Under the pieces are notes generated by a model that had not been told where the DNA came from, searched no databases, and saw only the letters and a list, made by a program, of their open reading frames with translations. From NCBI GenBank assembly GCA_049999805.1, contig JBNGIO010006316.1, positions 319,034-383,033 on the forward strand: 64,000 nt of DNA, written 5' to 3'. The stretch comes from Folioceros fuciformis (taxonomy: Eukaryota). Below, one piece after another: positions 1 to 11,199 of this stretch. Numbering within the stretch: position 1 is the stretch's first letter; every line of letters starts with the position of its first letter. The translations under genes and the position numbers were made by a program.

Positions 1-520
1 CATGTGAAGATAGAGGGGCAAAGGCGAGCAGGTGAGCGGGCGGAGGGTGCGGCAGTGACCTAGAAGCGCGGTGCCCGGTGCCCGGCGGGACACGTGCTTG
101 GCCCCGCGCGCGTGACGCAGGCTGGCGTTGCTTGGGGGAAACGCGGTGCAGTCTTCCCGCTCTCTCTGCTCTCTCTCTACCTTTGTGTCTGGTGTGGACA
201 GCAGTGTGGGGCCAGGGCAGCGGAGCAATCAGCAGGGTGGGAAGCAACGAATCCCGGGCCGCTCAGACCTCCTCATCCAGGCCCTGGCTCCTCTTTCGTG
301 GCACCTTCCTCGGCCTTCTGCTCCCTTTGCTTGCTTCTAGTCCTTGGGGAGGAGGAGGTCCTTATAGGGATCCTGCCGGCAGCTCATCTCTCTGCCCATG
401 TCCCTTGTCCCTGGTCTCTGTCCCTGTTCCCGCCCCCGCCCCCGTTTCCCGTCTTTGTCTCTGTCCTCAAAGCGTCCAGGAACGCCCTTGCTCTTGGCTG
501 CCACGCTGAGTGCCCGCGCC

Positions 521-3420
521 ATGGCCGCCGAGGGCCATGTCCCCGCGGCTGCGGCCGACGCCTCTTCTCCGGGGCAGGCTCGCCGCCGGCATCGCCATCG
601 CCTTCGCCTCCGCCTGCAGCAGCTGGTGGAAAAGGTGGACTGGGCTTACGCTGTGCTGTGGGAGCTCTCTCCAGATTTCCGGTACACTAACTGTGCAAAC
701 AACGAACGACATGGGAGTGTGCTGCTGCTGCTGCTGCTGCTGCTGCTCCTGCTGCTCCTGCTCTTTTCTTTCATCTTCTTCTCAACGTTGTGTACCCATG
801 CATTCTCATTGCGTTGACCAGCCCAGCCGGCTAAGTAGGATCGGGAGGAGGATTATATATGCGTGCTGCTGCTGCCATGCAAGTTTGCAGCGTCGTTACC
901 AGGCTTGCACTTACGATTGCATTTGCCTCCGCATTGCAGCAACGTTGTGTGGGGAGACGGGTACTACAACGGACTGCCCTCCTCGCTGCCTGTGCCGTGG
1001 GCGCAGCGGGCCGCCAGGCGACAGGTGGTGCAGGAGGTGCAGGAGTCGTGGCCCGGGCTGGCGCAGACGCACTTAGGCAGCCTCAGTACCGCCGAGTGGT
1101 TTTTCCTCACCACTGCCAACCTCTCCTTTCCCTTGGGGTCTCAGGGGTACGTAACGCTCCCTCTCTCCCGCGCTCCTCTTGTTTGCTTTCCTCTCGTCTT
1201 TTACTGGAGATCGCATGCGCGGATCCGATGCATCTGCTGCTGTTTTGTAATGGAACGCAATGCAATGCGAATGCCTCTCTCACACCCGGTAGCTAGGTTA
1301 ACGCAGAACGCCAGGGCAGACCATGATGAGCGGGACCTATGACTGGATGTGCGACGCCAGCTCGCAGCACTCGGACTGCCCTCTGCATTTCACCCGCGCC
1401 AAGGTCCTTTCAAACCGCTGTCTCTTTCAATGCCGTCTTCCCTGTCTGTTTGCTCGCCCAAGTTCTCTGCGTCTGAACTGTTCTTCACCTGCATCTCGTG
1501 GCCGGGACGGTGGTCTGAACTGCACTGCACGCTGCTACTCCACCTGCTCTATCGTGGACAGGCAGCTGGAATGAAGGTGCGGCTCGGAACGGAAAGCCTT
1601 TGATTTGCTCTTGGATCAGGGCTGCATGCTTATTTATGCCTCTGTATATGGCTTGGCCTCCTCGCTCTACTAGCTAGCTAGCTGGTGCCTGATAGTGCTC
1701 AGTTCCTGCCTCCGCTGCAGACTGTACTGTGGGTTGCCACCCACGCTGGCGTGGTGGAGATGGGAAGTATCGAGGAGCAGGCCGAGGACGTGTTCCTGGT
1801 GGAACTTGTGAGGGACGCATTCAGCACTTGTAACGCGGGAGCGGTGGCCGGCCCGGCGCCGGCGTTGGAATTGTCGGCCGTGAGCGGCACAACCTTCTGC
1901 AGCACGCTCTCGGGCACCGGAGCGGATTCCGCCTACACATCGCCGCTGAGCGGGGACATGGTGGGAGAGCCGTCCACCTCCTCCTTTGGCGACGGCCATC
2001 GGGGCCTGGACGAGCAGCTGCAGGAACAGATATCGCAGGACCGGATGAGGCAGCAGCAGCAGCATCGCCTGTGGGCGGGGCCTCACTTCCTGGACGCGGG
2101 CTACGCGGACGGAGACGCAGATGCGGACGCGGATGCCGCATCTGCGTCTGCCTCTGCGTCCAATCATGGACACCACAGGTTCCAGGAGCTGCAGCTGGTG
2201 CAGCAGACGTCCCCCCCGCCGTCCCTCAACGGCTCCAGCCTGCTCACTCTGGAGGAGCAGGAGGGGGTGGAGGTGTACACCCGGGGGTGCAATTGGCGCG
2301 ACGCAGACGGGGGGACCTGCGCGTCTGGGTCGGGGTCGGGATCGGCATCCGGGTCCGGGTCTGGGTCTCCTCCCGGCCCGCTGGACCAGATGCAGCTGGA
2401 GTGCGTGGGTGGGAAGCGTGCGCACGAGTGGGACGCTCAGTTCGGGGGCCGCGCCAGGAAACGAGGGCGATCGGGTAAGAGGAATAGGGAGCCTGCTGTG
2501 GCCGGCACCAGCATCACGCACGACTTCATGGTGGTGAGGAGTTGTGACAAGGAGTGCGCCATCAACGATTCCAGCAACAACGGTGTTGCCGCTGCAGCTG
2601 CTGCGGCTGCTGCCGCTGCTGCTGCGAAGTGGGGGGCTGGAAGGCTTGTTTCCCATGCAGTAGGAGCAGGGGCGGGATCGTTGTCGGGAGCGGGATCGGG
2701 ATCATCATACACGCATGCTCCCAACGGGATGTTGCAGCTCCTGCCGTCCATTGAGAATCAGCTAGACGGGCGTCAGCACCACCCGGAGCAGGAGCAGCTC
2801 CCGCTGCCGCTTCCGGTTCCACACCCGGAGACTGAGGAGGCACTGGACCTGGCTCTGGCCCCCGCCCCTGACATGGAAGTGCGTATGGTGGATGCAGACC
2901 TGGTGGTGATCAAGTTACACTCCAGGAGCCGGCCGGGCCTCTTCGACGACATCATGTGTGCCCTTCAGGAGCTGAGAGTACAGGTGCGGGAAGCCAACAT
3001 GGGGTCCGTGGTGGGCACGCTGTTGCAGGAGTTCACTGCCAAGGTCGCCAGCTTTCTCACTCTTTCCTGTCCCGTGTCCCTGTGTCTCTGTGTCCCTGTG
3101 TCCCTGTGCTGTGTCCTCTTTCTCTCCTCTGTATCCTCTGTCATCGTGTCTCTTCGTCACCATGCTTTTGTTTCTGGGTCCATCTAGAAAGAAGTTGCTT
3201 GCCGCCGATCTGACTAACACTGGCCTGGCCTGTCCTGCCCTGGGTCCCGTCCCCCCTTTGCGTGCAGGTGCACATCTCCTTTGCGCAAATGCTCACCACG
3301 GAGGTGATAGCGGCTGCTCTCCACCTGGCCGTGGAACGGGGCAACAGACAAAGCTTGTCGCCGCACTCTGTGCCCATCTTCAAACACATACCGTCCATGC
3401 ACTCCATCCAAAGCTTATAG
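521..3420 (+). CDS. bHLH-MYC_N + C-terminal ACT-like protein (TT8/GL3/R, subgroup IIIf-like), bHLH degenerate
   Basis: Exons 521-681, 940-1146, 1307-1403, 1562-1576, 1721-3043, 3268-3420 join in frame over GT-AG introns. MYC_N motifs: LQQLV..WAYAVLW, WGDGYYNG, AEWFFL, GVVEMGS. ACT-like end: VIKLHSRSRPGLFDDIMCALQELRVQV. Confidence 0.8.
720..762 (+). repeat. (CTG)n microsatellite in intron 1
   Basis: Run of gctgctgctg, partly interrupted by ctc. Confidence 0.85.
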
Positions 3421-4122
3421 CTGCAGTCTTCTGCTGCTGCTGCACCCACCAACTTTTTCAGCGCACTGCAAGGCCACTTTTAACTCATGGTCTTCTCCTC
3501 TTTTTTGATCACCGCTCAGCATCGGCCCAGCCATTTGCGTGTAGCATATTCGGAAATTGGTTTCCGTTTCAGCCGTGAGTCGGTGACCAAGCCACTCTGT
3601 GGAAGCTACCTGCGTCTGCGTCGCCTTGACTCGTGCCATTGGTAGCTTCGCCCGCAACATGGCAAGTCACGACACGAAGCGGACCAGACCATGTACTAAC
3701 GACGACGCGGGAGGAGAAGCAAAGAAAAAATGGCTTCCATCACTCCTCAGGCTCCGGACCCGACCCTGGACCCGGACTCCCGGATGTCCCCACCTGCCTG
3801 CCTGCGGGCCGGGAGCTCTTCTCCCGACAACATCTCAACAACTCATACTCTGGCAACTTATGTACCTTGACACAAAGCAACCTAAATTTAGCACTATTTG
3901 TATCAAGGTTCATCTAATTTTTCAATCTCTATGTATGTACTATAATTCATTGCTCCATGCTTTAGCTTCTTTGCCTGGAGCCAAAAGCCTGGATATGGAC
4001 AACATGTGTAAGTATATATCGATATGTAGGTATCTCATAAATTTTTCATATAATTTTTATTTATTTTAATGTAGAAAAATAAAATTAATATATTAAATAT
4101 TTTACATATAATAAGTAATATA

Positions 4123-4222
4123 NNNNNNNNNNNNNNNNNNNNNNNNNNNNNNNNNNNNNNNNNNNNNNNNNNNNNNNNNNNNNNNNNNNNNNNNNNNNNN
4201 NNNNNNNNNNNNNNNNNNNNNN
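4123..4222. other. assembly gap (100 N)
   Basis: N run in AT-rich flanks. Confidence 1.
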
Positions 4223-5512
4223 ATCATAATCTATGTAAATAGAACTCATAAAACCTTAAGGATTCCTCTTAACGTCCAATGATTACAAGTTTTTGCAATG
4301 AATAAAGAGTATATTCCCTAAACAGATTTGTCTAATCATTACTTGTTCAATAAAGTGTTTAATCTATTCTCATTTTTATTAATTAAATGTAATCTATCAT
4401 ATTTATTTAATGATATAATATGGACCATTTTTTTTTTTATTACAAATAAAACATGGTGCGTTTGGAGAAGCTCCAAACACCAATGCAATGTTGCGGTTTT
4501 GTGTTGAATCAAACTTAATAGTATATTTTATGAATAGAATAAAATCATCAAATTTATAAAAAATAATATCAAACAAAGACATGAGACTATATATTCATGT
4601 GATGCATATTACGCAAAGAATCGAAGAAAGCACTAGTCTAATGCAACAATGCTGTTGTGCACAATGGTAGCTAATGTGAAGCCTAAGAGACGGTATGTTA
4701 TTGTGCACAACACCAGTCAATGTGAAGCATACTAGAATGTTGCATGACTATGTGTTTGAGTGGATTTGGCTCACCTATTCTACACTAAAATAAAATGCAC
4801 AAGTTAGATAAGCTTCACAAATTTAAGGGTGAACTTGAAAGATGGGCTTGCAATAGAATTGCTCTAACAAAACCCAAACCGTTAAGCGTCTTGCAACTGC
4901 AAATGAGATACCAAACACTCCACCAAGGAAGCATCCGTGTCTACTAAAGGAAGGTATCCAAGATCTTCTATGTAAGATTTACAAATACAAACATTGTCTT
5001 TTGTAAAGAGCAAATATTGTTTGTTTACAAAGCCATGCATTAGTGAATTACATAACTCTAAAACCCAACATAGGAATGCGACAAACAAACATTCCGAACA
5101 TTCCAAACATGGTATTTGAGGGCCTCTTTGAGAGCAAAGGAGATTGGAACTGATTGTGATTAGGTTTGTGGAATGAGGATGGAATCCAATGCCGCAAAAT
5201 AGTCCGGACACATGTGAGGACGGGTAGGAGCAGGGAAAGAAGCAGGGGGTCCGGGAGAGGTGTGTACAGCACGGCCCGTGGGGCATGTGCATCGGGTCAC
5301 CGGCGTTTACGGGTCGTGGGTGGCCGGGCCCGTGGGCGACGGACCCTGTGCACGAGGTTGCCCGCTGCGTAGCTGCCTCGTTTTTCGGATTTGCGGATTT
5401 GCGCCGGCGGCAGGCAAGCAGGCAAGCATGCAGTCCTGCAAGTATGCGTGTGAAAATATCGAGGGGCAACATCACTGTTTACTTCCTGCAACTTGCAAGT
5501 GGAAGGCGGAGG

Positions 5513-6742
5513 ATGCGGGAAACAGCCTGCAGCCCCTGTGCCCCTGCGCGCGGCTATGGGCGGTGGCGTCTTGTCTTGCTCTTTGCTCTCGCTCTCGCTC
5601 TCGCTCTCGGCGAGTACTAACTCCTGCACCGGTTGTGCAGTGAATCATATTTTAAAGCTTTGTATATGATTATGTGCATCTGTGGCAAGAAACTAGAAGC
5701 AGGCTGTTGCGTTTCTGGAACTCATTGCCTTGTCCTGTGTGCTTGCTTGCCCGAGATGTAATTGTAACGCGCTGACGTCTGGAAGGAAGGGAGGGACGTC
5801 GCTCAGCTCCTGGTATCTATGTACTGTACTATGTTTTGCTTTCGGGTGCTCTATGCCTCGTCTCGAGAGTAACAATGTTATGAGTGCACGGTTGCTAGGA
5901 TGTTGAGGCTACCTGACAACACTTGCACAGGCTCAGGCCCAGTAGACTGGCTTCTTTTACTGGTGTCATGTTCAAGTTGGAAGCTTCTGACATGGCGTGT
6001 AAATTGTATGTACAGTATGTAGCTCCACACCAACGTTGTGTCGTTGACCAAGGTACCTGTGCTGGCGGAATGCTAGGAATATCTGGCCAGCCCCGTCAAG
6101 TTTCTCGGGCCGCGATTTCTATTCAGACTCTTCAGTCGAGAGCAGAGCAGAGCGTCGACAAGAGGATGACAAACAGGAGGTGGTCATCTGTTGAACATAC
6201 GGTACATGTAGCTGCCGTATGCGAAGGAAATATTGGCTGTCAAGCATACAGTACGCTGAATTTGAGATGGCACATGAGCAATCAAGCGTCCCAGGCCAGC
6301 CAACAGTTGGAAAGTGAGGCCTACAAGGCTGGATGACCGAACGGCGGGGGAGAGGTGAACATGAACCATTTCTCGATTCGTGGAAGACATCCCTGCGGAG
6401 GGCCACGCTGAACATGCGGGGTGCTCTGGGATCTGTGGCAGCTGGTTTCAGATAGATGCAGAAGAGTCCAAAGCACGTCGTGTTGCCAGTTCGGTCATGT
6501 TCGAGGCAGCTATTTCGAGTGTTGAACAAACCCTGGTGGTTGCTAGTGTCCTCAAGGACTACCTTCCTGGAAAAGGTTGGCTCCGTTTGCTAAATATGAT
6601 GCACGCGCCAAGTGTGAGCCTCAGTATGGAAATACGCTCTGGAAGATCTTTCCGTACAGGCCAGTGCGAAGCTCTTAATGATATCCGAGAGACGCCTTCG
6701 AAGCACATTGGATCTTCACGACCTACTCAGGATGGGGGTTGA
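5513..6742 (+). CDS. possible spliced secreted/small protein of unknown function
   Basis: MRETAC...WRLVLLFALALALALG looks like a signal peptide. It can be joined in frame to exons near 6053-6201, 6451-6575 and 6660-6742. The model is tentative and no family is recognised. Confidence 0.25.
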
Positions 6743-8579
6743 AGACAGTGTTTGTTTCATAACTCCCCAGGGCTGAGCTCGTTTCCTCGAAGATTACATG
6801 TCAAGAGCGTCCTCCAAGAGAATCCTACACCTCGAATCGTTTTGCAAACCACTCAATGTTCAGCAGGTAAGTCCTAAAAGCCATATACAAGCTCCGTTTT
6901 CCGTTATGTCATACCCCCACTTAGGAAGCAAGGTTTTCTGCTACATCACACTCTCAGGTAGGAAGCAATAGTATGCAAACCAAGCTACACTTATACCTGA
7001 CTTATCTGGTCCCGTGATCCAAACTTCTGATCCAACATACTTGTTTGCAAGAAACACACGCAAGCTAACGCCTGCCTCGTCTGGCCTGTCATCAAAGGTC
7101 TTACCAAACATGCCAGGTACTTAAAGGACACTGGGTACTTCAGTAACAAAATCTTGGGTGTGCAACGGAACAGTAGACAAAGATACATGCTGTCAAGCAA
7201 ACAGCATAAGTTCTACTCGAGGTACGAAATGTACAAAACCAAAATCTGGTGGATTACACGTAAATAGGGCGACCCTCTCTTCTGCTTCAGAGTCCTCCTG
7301 CTAGTCTGAACTACCGATATTTCAAAACTGTAACAGCAGTCCTGCAAAACATGCCTGCCCATATTCAACCATCTACCAGCCCTTTTCTCCCTCTTCCCGG
7401 ATTTCCGTGTGAAGATGTTGACCAGCCAAAAGAGCTCTTTAACAGACTACGATGCAAAGGCATGAAGATCGACAGATCAGTGAGACAACGAAACTAGGAA
7501 CGGACAAAAACTTCCGTCAACTTCGGTCCGATCGGTCATTCTCGCTGCGTTCGTCCATGAGCTACTTCGAGAGGCAGAAGTCCTGTGTGTGACCTTCATA
7601 TCCCTCCTGGTTGAATCACTTTCTCTGGCCAGAAACGAAAGAGACCTCAGATGAGGTGGCATCAGGCTCCTCCTGTGAAGACAAAAGCTCATCTAGTATG
7701 CCTCATCGTCAAGAGGCCGGTGCAAAATTTCAAGCATTTGACGTAAGATGGGCACATTAACCCTCGTCATACAGTCCACTTTTGGGGCTGGTAAAGAACG
7801 AGTGATATTCCCTCGAAATGCCCCGGGAACTTCCATGCAAGCTGGCAAACATCACATCCCTGCCACAAACGTACATTTGAAACTTCGACGTTACATATGC
7901 GACAAGGCACCACAGGAACCTGCTACTCGCGCTGGAAGAAAAGCAAGGATCCATGCTACTGTCCTGGCTAGGAAGTTGGAGATTACCTGAAATACATACT
8001 GTATGTACATGTAAGTGGTGGCGTGACACACACCTAGATAGAACTTGTGCTTGCTCAAATGATCCAAATAAGCCGTGGACCAATTGGCGCCGTAGCATGC
8101 ACATATGCGCCGAGCCATAAAACTGGGAACCATTGCATCCTGGATCCCAAATCTCAGGTCGTCCGTAAGGTACCCGTGAGTGAGATTTCTACAATGGCAC
8201 CTGGAACAAGTAGAGATGAGCAAGGGCCATGGAGCGCTGTGCAGCTCTGCAAGACGACTCTCGTTGACGCTGCAATTGCGCTTCCTTTCTGAAAGGACAA
8301 GAGGCACCAAGATGACGTCCTGTCCCACCTGGTTCTGCAGCACTTACCTGCAGCACCAGGGAGGTAGTGAAAAAGTCTGCGAGGATAAAGACACAAGAGC
8401 TTTGAAGTTTAAAGCACACCTCTGGCGACCGATTTGATGATCCCCACAGGTCTGAGAGAGATGGCCGTCGCTCCTTCGCGACCAGCCATTGTCTTTGCAC
8501 TTGCTTTCCAATCATCCTGCAAAGGAACAGATGATGGCTCATCGTGAGCTCGAGGCTTGGGTGGAAACGGCCGGCAGGA

Positions 8580-10856
8580 TCAACCTCCATGACCCGTCCC
8601 GTACCTGGGAGCAACCACACAGGCGTTTGGAACGTCGGAAACTGAACATAAGTGCCGATACTGCCGTGCCGTTTCAGATGGACAATTGCCCCCGGATACA
8701 TCCTTCAAGCTGGCATTAGTTCGATTGTGGAGATCGTGAGACACAAGTGCGCGCAGCGCTGTCACAGACTGGGAGCACTCCTTTTCCACATCGACAAGCA
8801 CGTCTCCATATTCGACCGACGCATTAACCTCTGGAAGGTTGAGTCCTGTCGCAGATTCTGGCGCCCCGCCCACGCCCCTACCACCACCGACAACTCCCCG
8901 TTGGCTGTTTGTGAACGTTGCCGTCTTCCGTCTGTCCAGTCCAGACCTGAACTGGTGTCCGATACTCCTCTGACAGGTTTCTGTGGATGGTGGCGGGTCC
9001 CTCGAGACCCTCGTGTCCCTGCAGTGCTGAAAGTTTGAAGCAAAGTGCTGTCTGGTTCGGTCTCCTCCCCTGGGAAAAGAGGGGTCGTATTTCTGCTGTG
9101 GCTGGTGAGAGGCTTTCCCCCTGGCAGGTCCGGGAGCTGGCTGGGTACGCTGGTAGCTTTGGGGGGTATTAGTGTGTACAGATTGCAAGGGAATCCTGGT
9201 TCTACATGTTTTCCTCCTTGGCACACAGGGAACTTCACACAATGACTCAAACCCGGAGAGGTCACCCCTGGAATTCTCCTTGCCGCTCAGGTTATTACCT
9301 CGGTGATACCTTGGCGCACATAGGTTCTCCTGAACAGTCAAGCTTACCTGCCTTTTGTGGGACCGGACAGCCATTCCACTGGTCATGCTTTGGTCAGCCC
9401 CTATTAATTTCCTGCACCCACTTTTGGCATCCTCCTCCTCTCCCCTCATGAAGCCTCTTCCAGAACATTCATGACCCTGGCCCAGTTGCACAGTGGTCCC
9501 ACCTGCGGCCTCCACTTTCTGATTGCGATGGAATGACAGCAGATGAGCTTCTGGCCCATCCCACGTGCCTACCAGCAGAATTCCAGCACTGAGCTCCCAA
9601 CACGGGCTTCTTCCGCTTTCCACGCTCTTCTCATAGCTTGGGGGCCGATAGAAGAGGCAAGAGATCAATTTCGATTTCAGCTCAATGCTCGCCAGAGAAA
9701 CCCAAGATTCCGTGTCGTAGACCACAATAATGTCGCGACAGCTCGAGGCCAGGGCCCGACTGGCACCATCGTAGGATACCCCTGCCGCCAGAATACTTCC
9801 GTCGGATCGGAAGCAAAGGCCAACAACCGAGGCGGTAGCCTCAAAATAGACACTGTGCACCAGATCAAATTCACACAATGTCTCATCAAACCTCCAAACC
9901 CCAAGTCCCCCGACCCTAGACCCCGCTGCAACCAAAGCCTCAACCCCGCGGTCATCTAGGGCAGCTGCAGGGAAGTGGAACGCAAGCGCTGACACAGGGC
10001 TGTGGAGGGACACATCAGGCACCGACCGCAGGTGCAAAGAAGGGGTACTATCCTTAACTTCCCACATCTTCACCTCCCCGTTCCCACACCCCACTGCCAT
10101 GCCTACTCGTCCGTAGAACATCAGCCTACTGCCACTATATTCATCCCTAGACTGGAAACCCCAAGGCAAAAGCTCCGAAGCTTGTTTTGCCAGCAAGACT
10201 CCGTCCAATAGCCTCCAAATGCATAGCGACCCATCCGCGGCTGCGGCCGCCATGGCCACCCCATCGTCCCTCACTGCCATACAAACCAGCGGAGCCGATT
10301 GCTGACCCATGCAAGACACCGTAGTTCGCAGAAGAGGCACATCCGCAACAGGAACAGCACCCGAACCTCTGCCACCCATTGCACATGCTCCATCTCCTCC
10401 CTTCCACCACGAGCGAGCCTCGAACCGGCCGAAGCAGAGGGGCCGAGGGCTGCCTCCAGGGAGGCGGGCAAGCAGGATGCGCGGGGAGCCCGCCTGGAAA
10501 AACACTATCTCATTCGGCCTGCTTGGTATGAAGGACAAGGAGCCCCAGGGAAGGGCTAGCGCTACCAGGCCTGGCCGCGCCTCCAAGCCATCATTGCCGC
10601 AGTCTACCGGAGCGGACATCTGCCAGTGAGAGCAGTAGGAGAGGTGGAGCTGGAACTGCGCACACAGAGACAGGTGAGGCTGGATGCCTCCACCTCGAGT
10701 TTCCATTACGTAGGTGCGAAGAATGCCCGTAGCCGTGCAAAGGGCCAGGTGGAAGGGGTGATTCGGGTCCCAAATCGCCTCCCCGCCGCTTCCATGTGAG
10801 TGCTCGGTTGAATACTCCGGCATCAGGCGAACCAATTCCAATTCCGGACTCGCCAT
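8580..10856 (-). CDS. WD40/beta-propeller-like protein with a long low-complexity C-terminal region
   Basis: About 760-codon ORF with WD-like repeats (ADGSLCIWRL, GNGEVKMWEV, VGGLGVWRF, IVVYDTESW). It probably splices near 8699/8643 into further exons toward ~8420. Both ends are uncertain. Confidence 0.55.
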   Translation of the reverse strand: MASPELELVRLMPEYSTEHSHGSGGEAIWDPNHPFHLALCTATGILRTYVMETRGGGIQPHLSLCAQFQLHLSYCSHWQMSAPVDCGNDGLEARPGLVALALPWGSLSFIPSRPNEIVFFQAGSPRILLARLPGGSPRPLCFGRFEARSWWKGGDGACAMGGRGSGAVPVADVPLLRTTVSCMGQQSAPLVCMAVRDDGVAMAAAAADGSLCIWRLLDGVLLAKQASELLPWGFQSRDEYSGSRLMFYGRVGMAVGCGNGEVKMWEVKDSTPSLHLRSVPDVSLHSPVSALAFHFPAAALDDRGVEALVAAGSRVGGLGVWRFDETLCEFDLVHSVYFEATASVVGLCFRSDGSILAAGVSYDGASRALASSCRDIIVVYDTESWVSLASIELKSKLISCLFYRPPSYEKSVESGRSPCWELSAGILLVGTWDGPEAHLLSFHRNQKVEAAGGTTVQLGQGHECSGRGFMRGEEEDAKSGCRKLIGADQSMTSGMAVRSHKRQVSLTVQENLCAPRYHRGNNLSGKENSRGDLSGFESLCEVPCVPRRKTCRTRIPLQSVHTNTPQSYQRTQPAPGPARGKASHQPQQKYDPSFPRGGDRTRQHFASNFQHCRDTRVSRDPPPSTETCQRSIGHQFRSGLDRRKTATFTNSQRGVVGGGRGVGGAPESATGLNLPEVNASVEYGDVLVDVEKECSQSVTALRALVSHDLHNRTNASLKDVSGGNCPSETARQYRHLCSVSDVPNACVVAPRYGTGHGG

Positions 10857-11199
10857 GTTGAAGGCGTGGAGGAGTAGGACCAAACGTCGGTGTACATTCT
10901 ATCGCTTCCTTGCCGGATTGAGCAGAAAGAAACATGCCCGTACCCGGCAAGAACCGACGTTCAAATTTGGAGCTTCACACCATTCTCGAAGCTCGTGAGC
11001 CTAATTTCCTACGCAGGCTTGCTCTACGCCTGTTGATGTTCATCCAGCCTAACTCGTTCACATCTGGTAGTCGCTAGTCTGGTTGCGTATAAACGAAATA
11101 AGATTGCATTATTTAAACCAAAAACTATCTATCTTCGACTACAAAGAGGAAAATAGAGATAGACGACGGTCCATCTACTCCGGGTTTTGGTTGTGCCAA

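Noticed and set aside
1670-2656. 328-aa antisense ORF and many other overlapping ORFs in GC-rich exons
   Set aside because: These are shadow frames of GC-rich coding sequence with no recognisable motifs.
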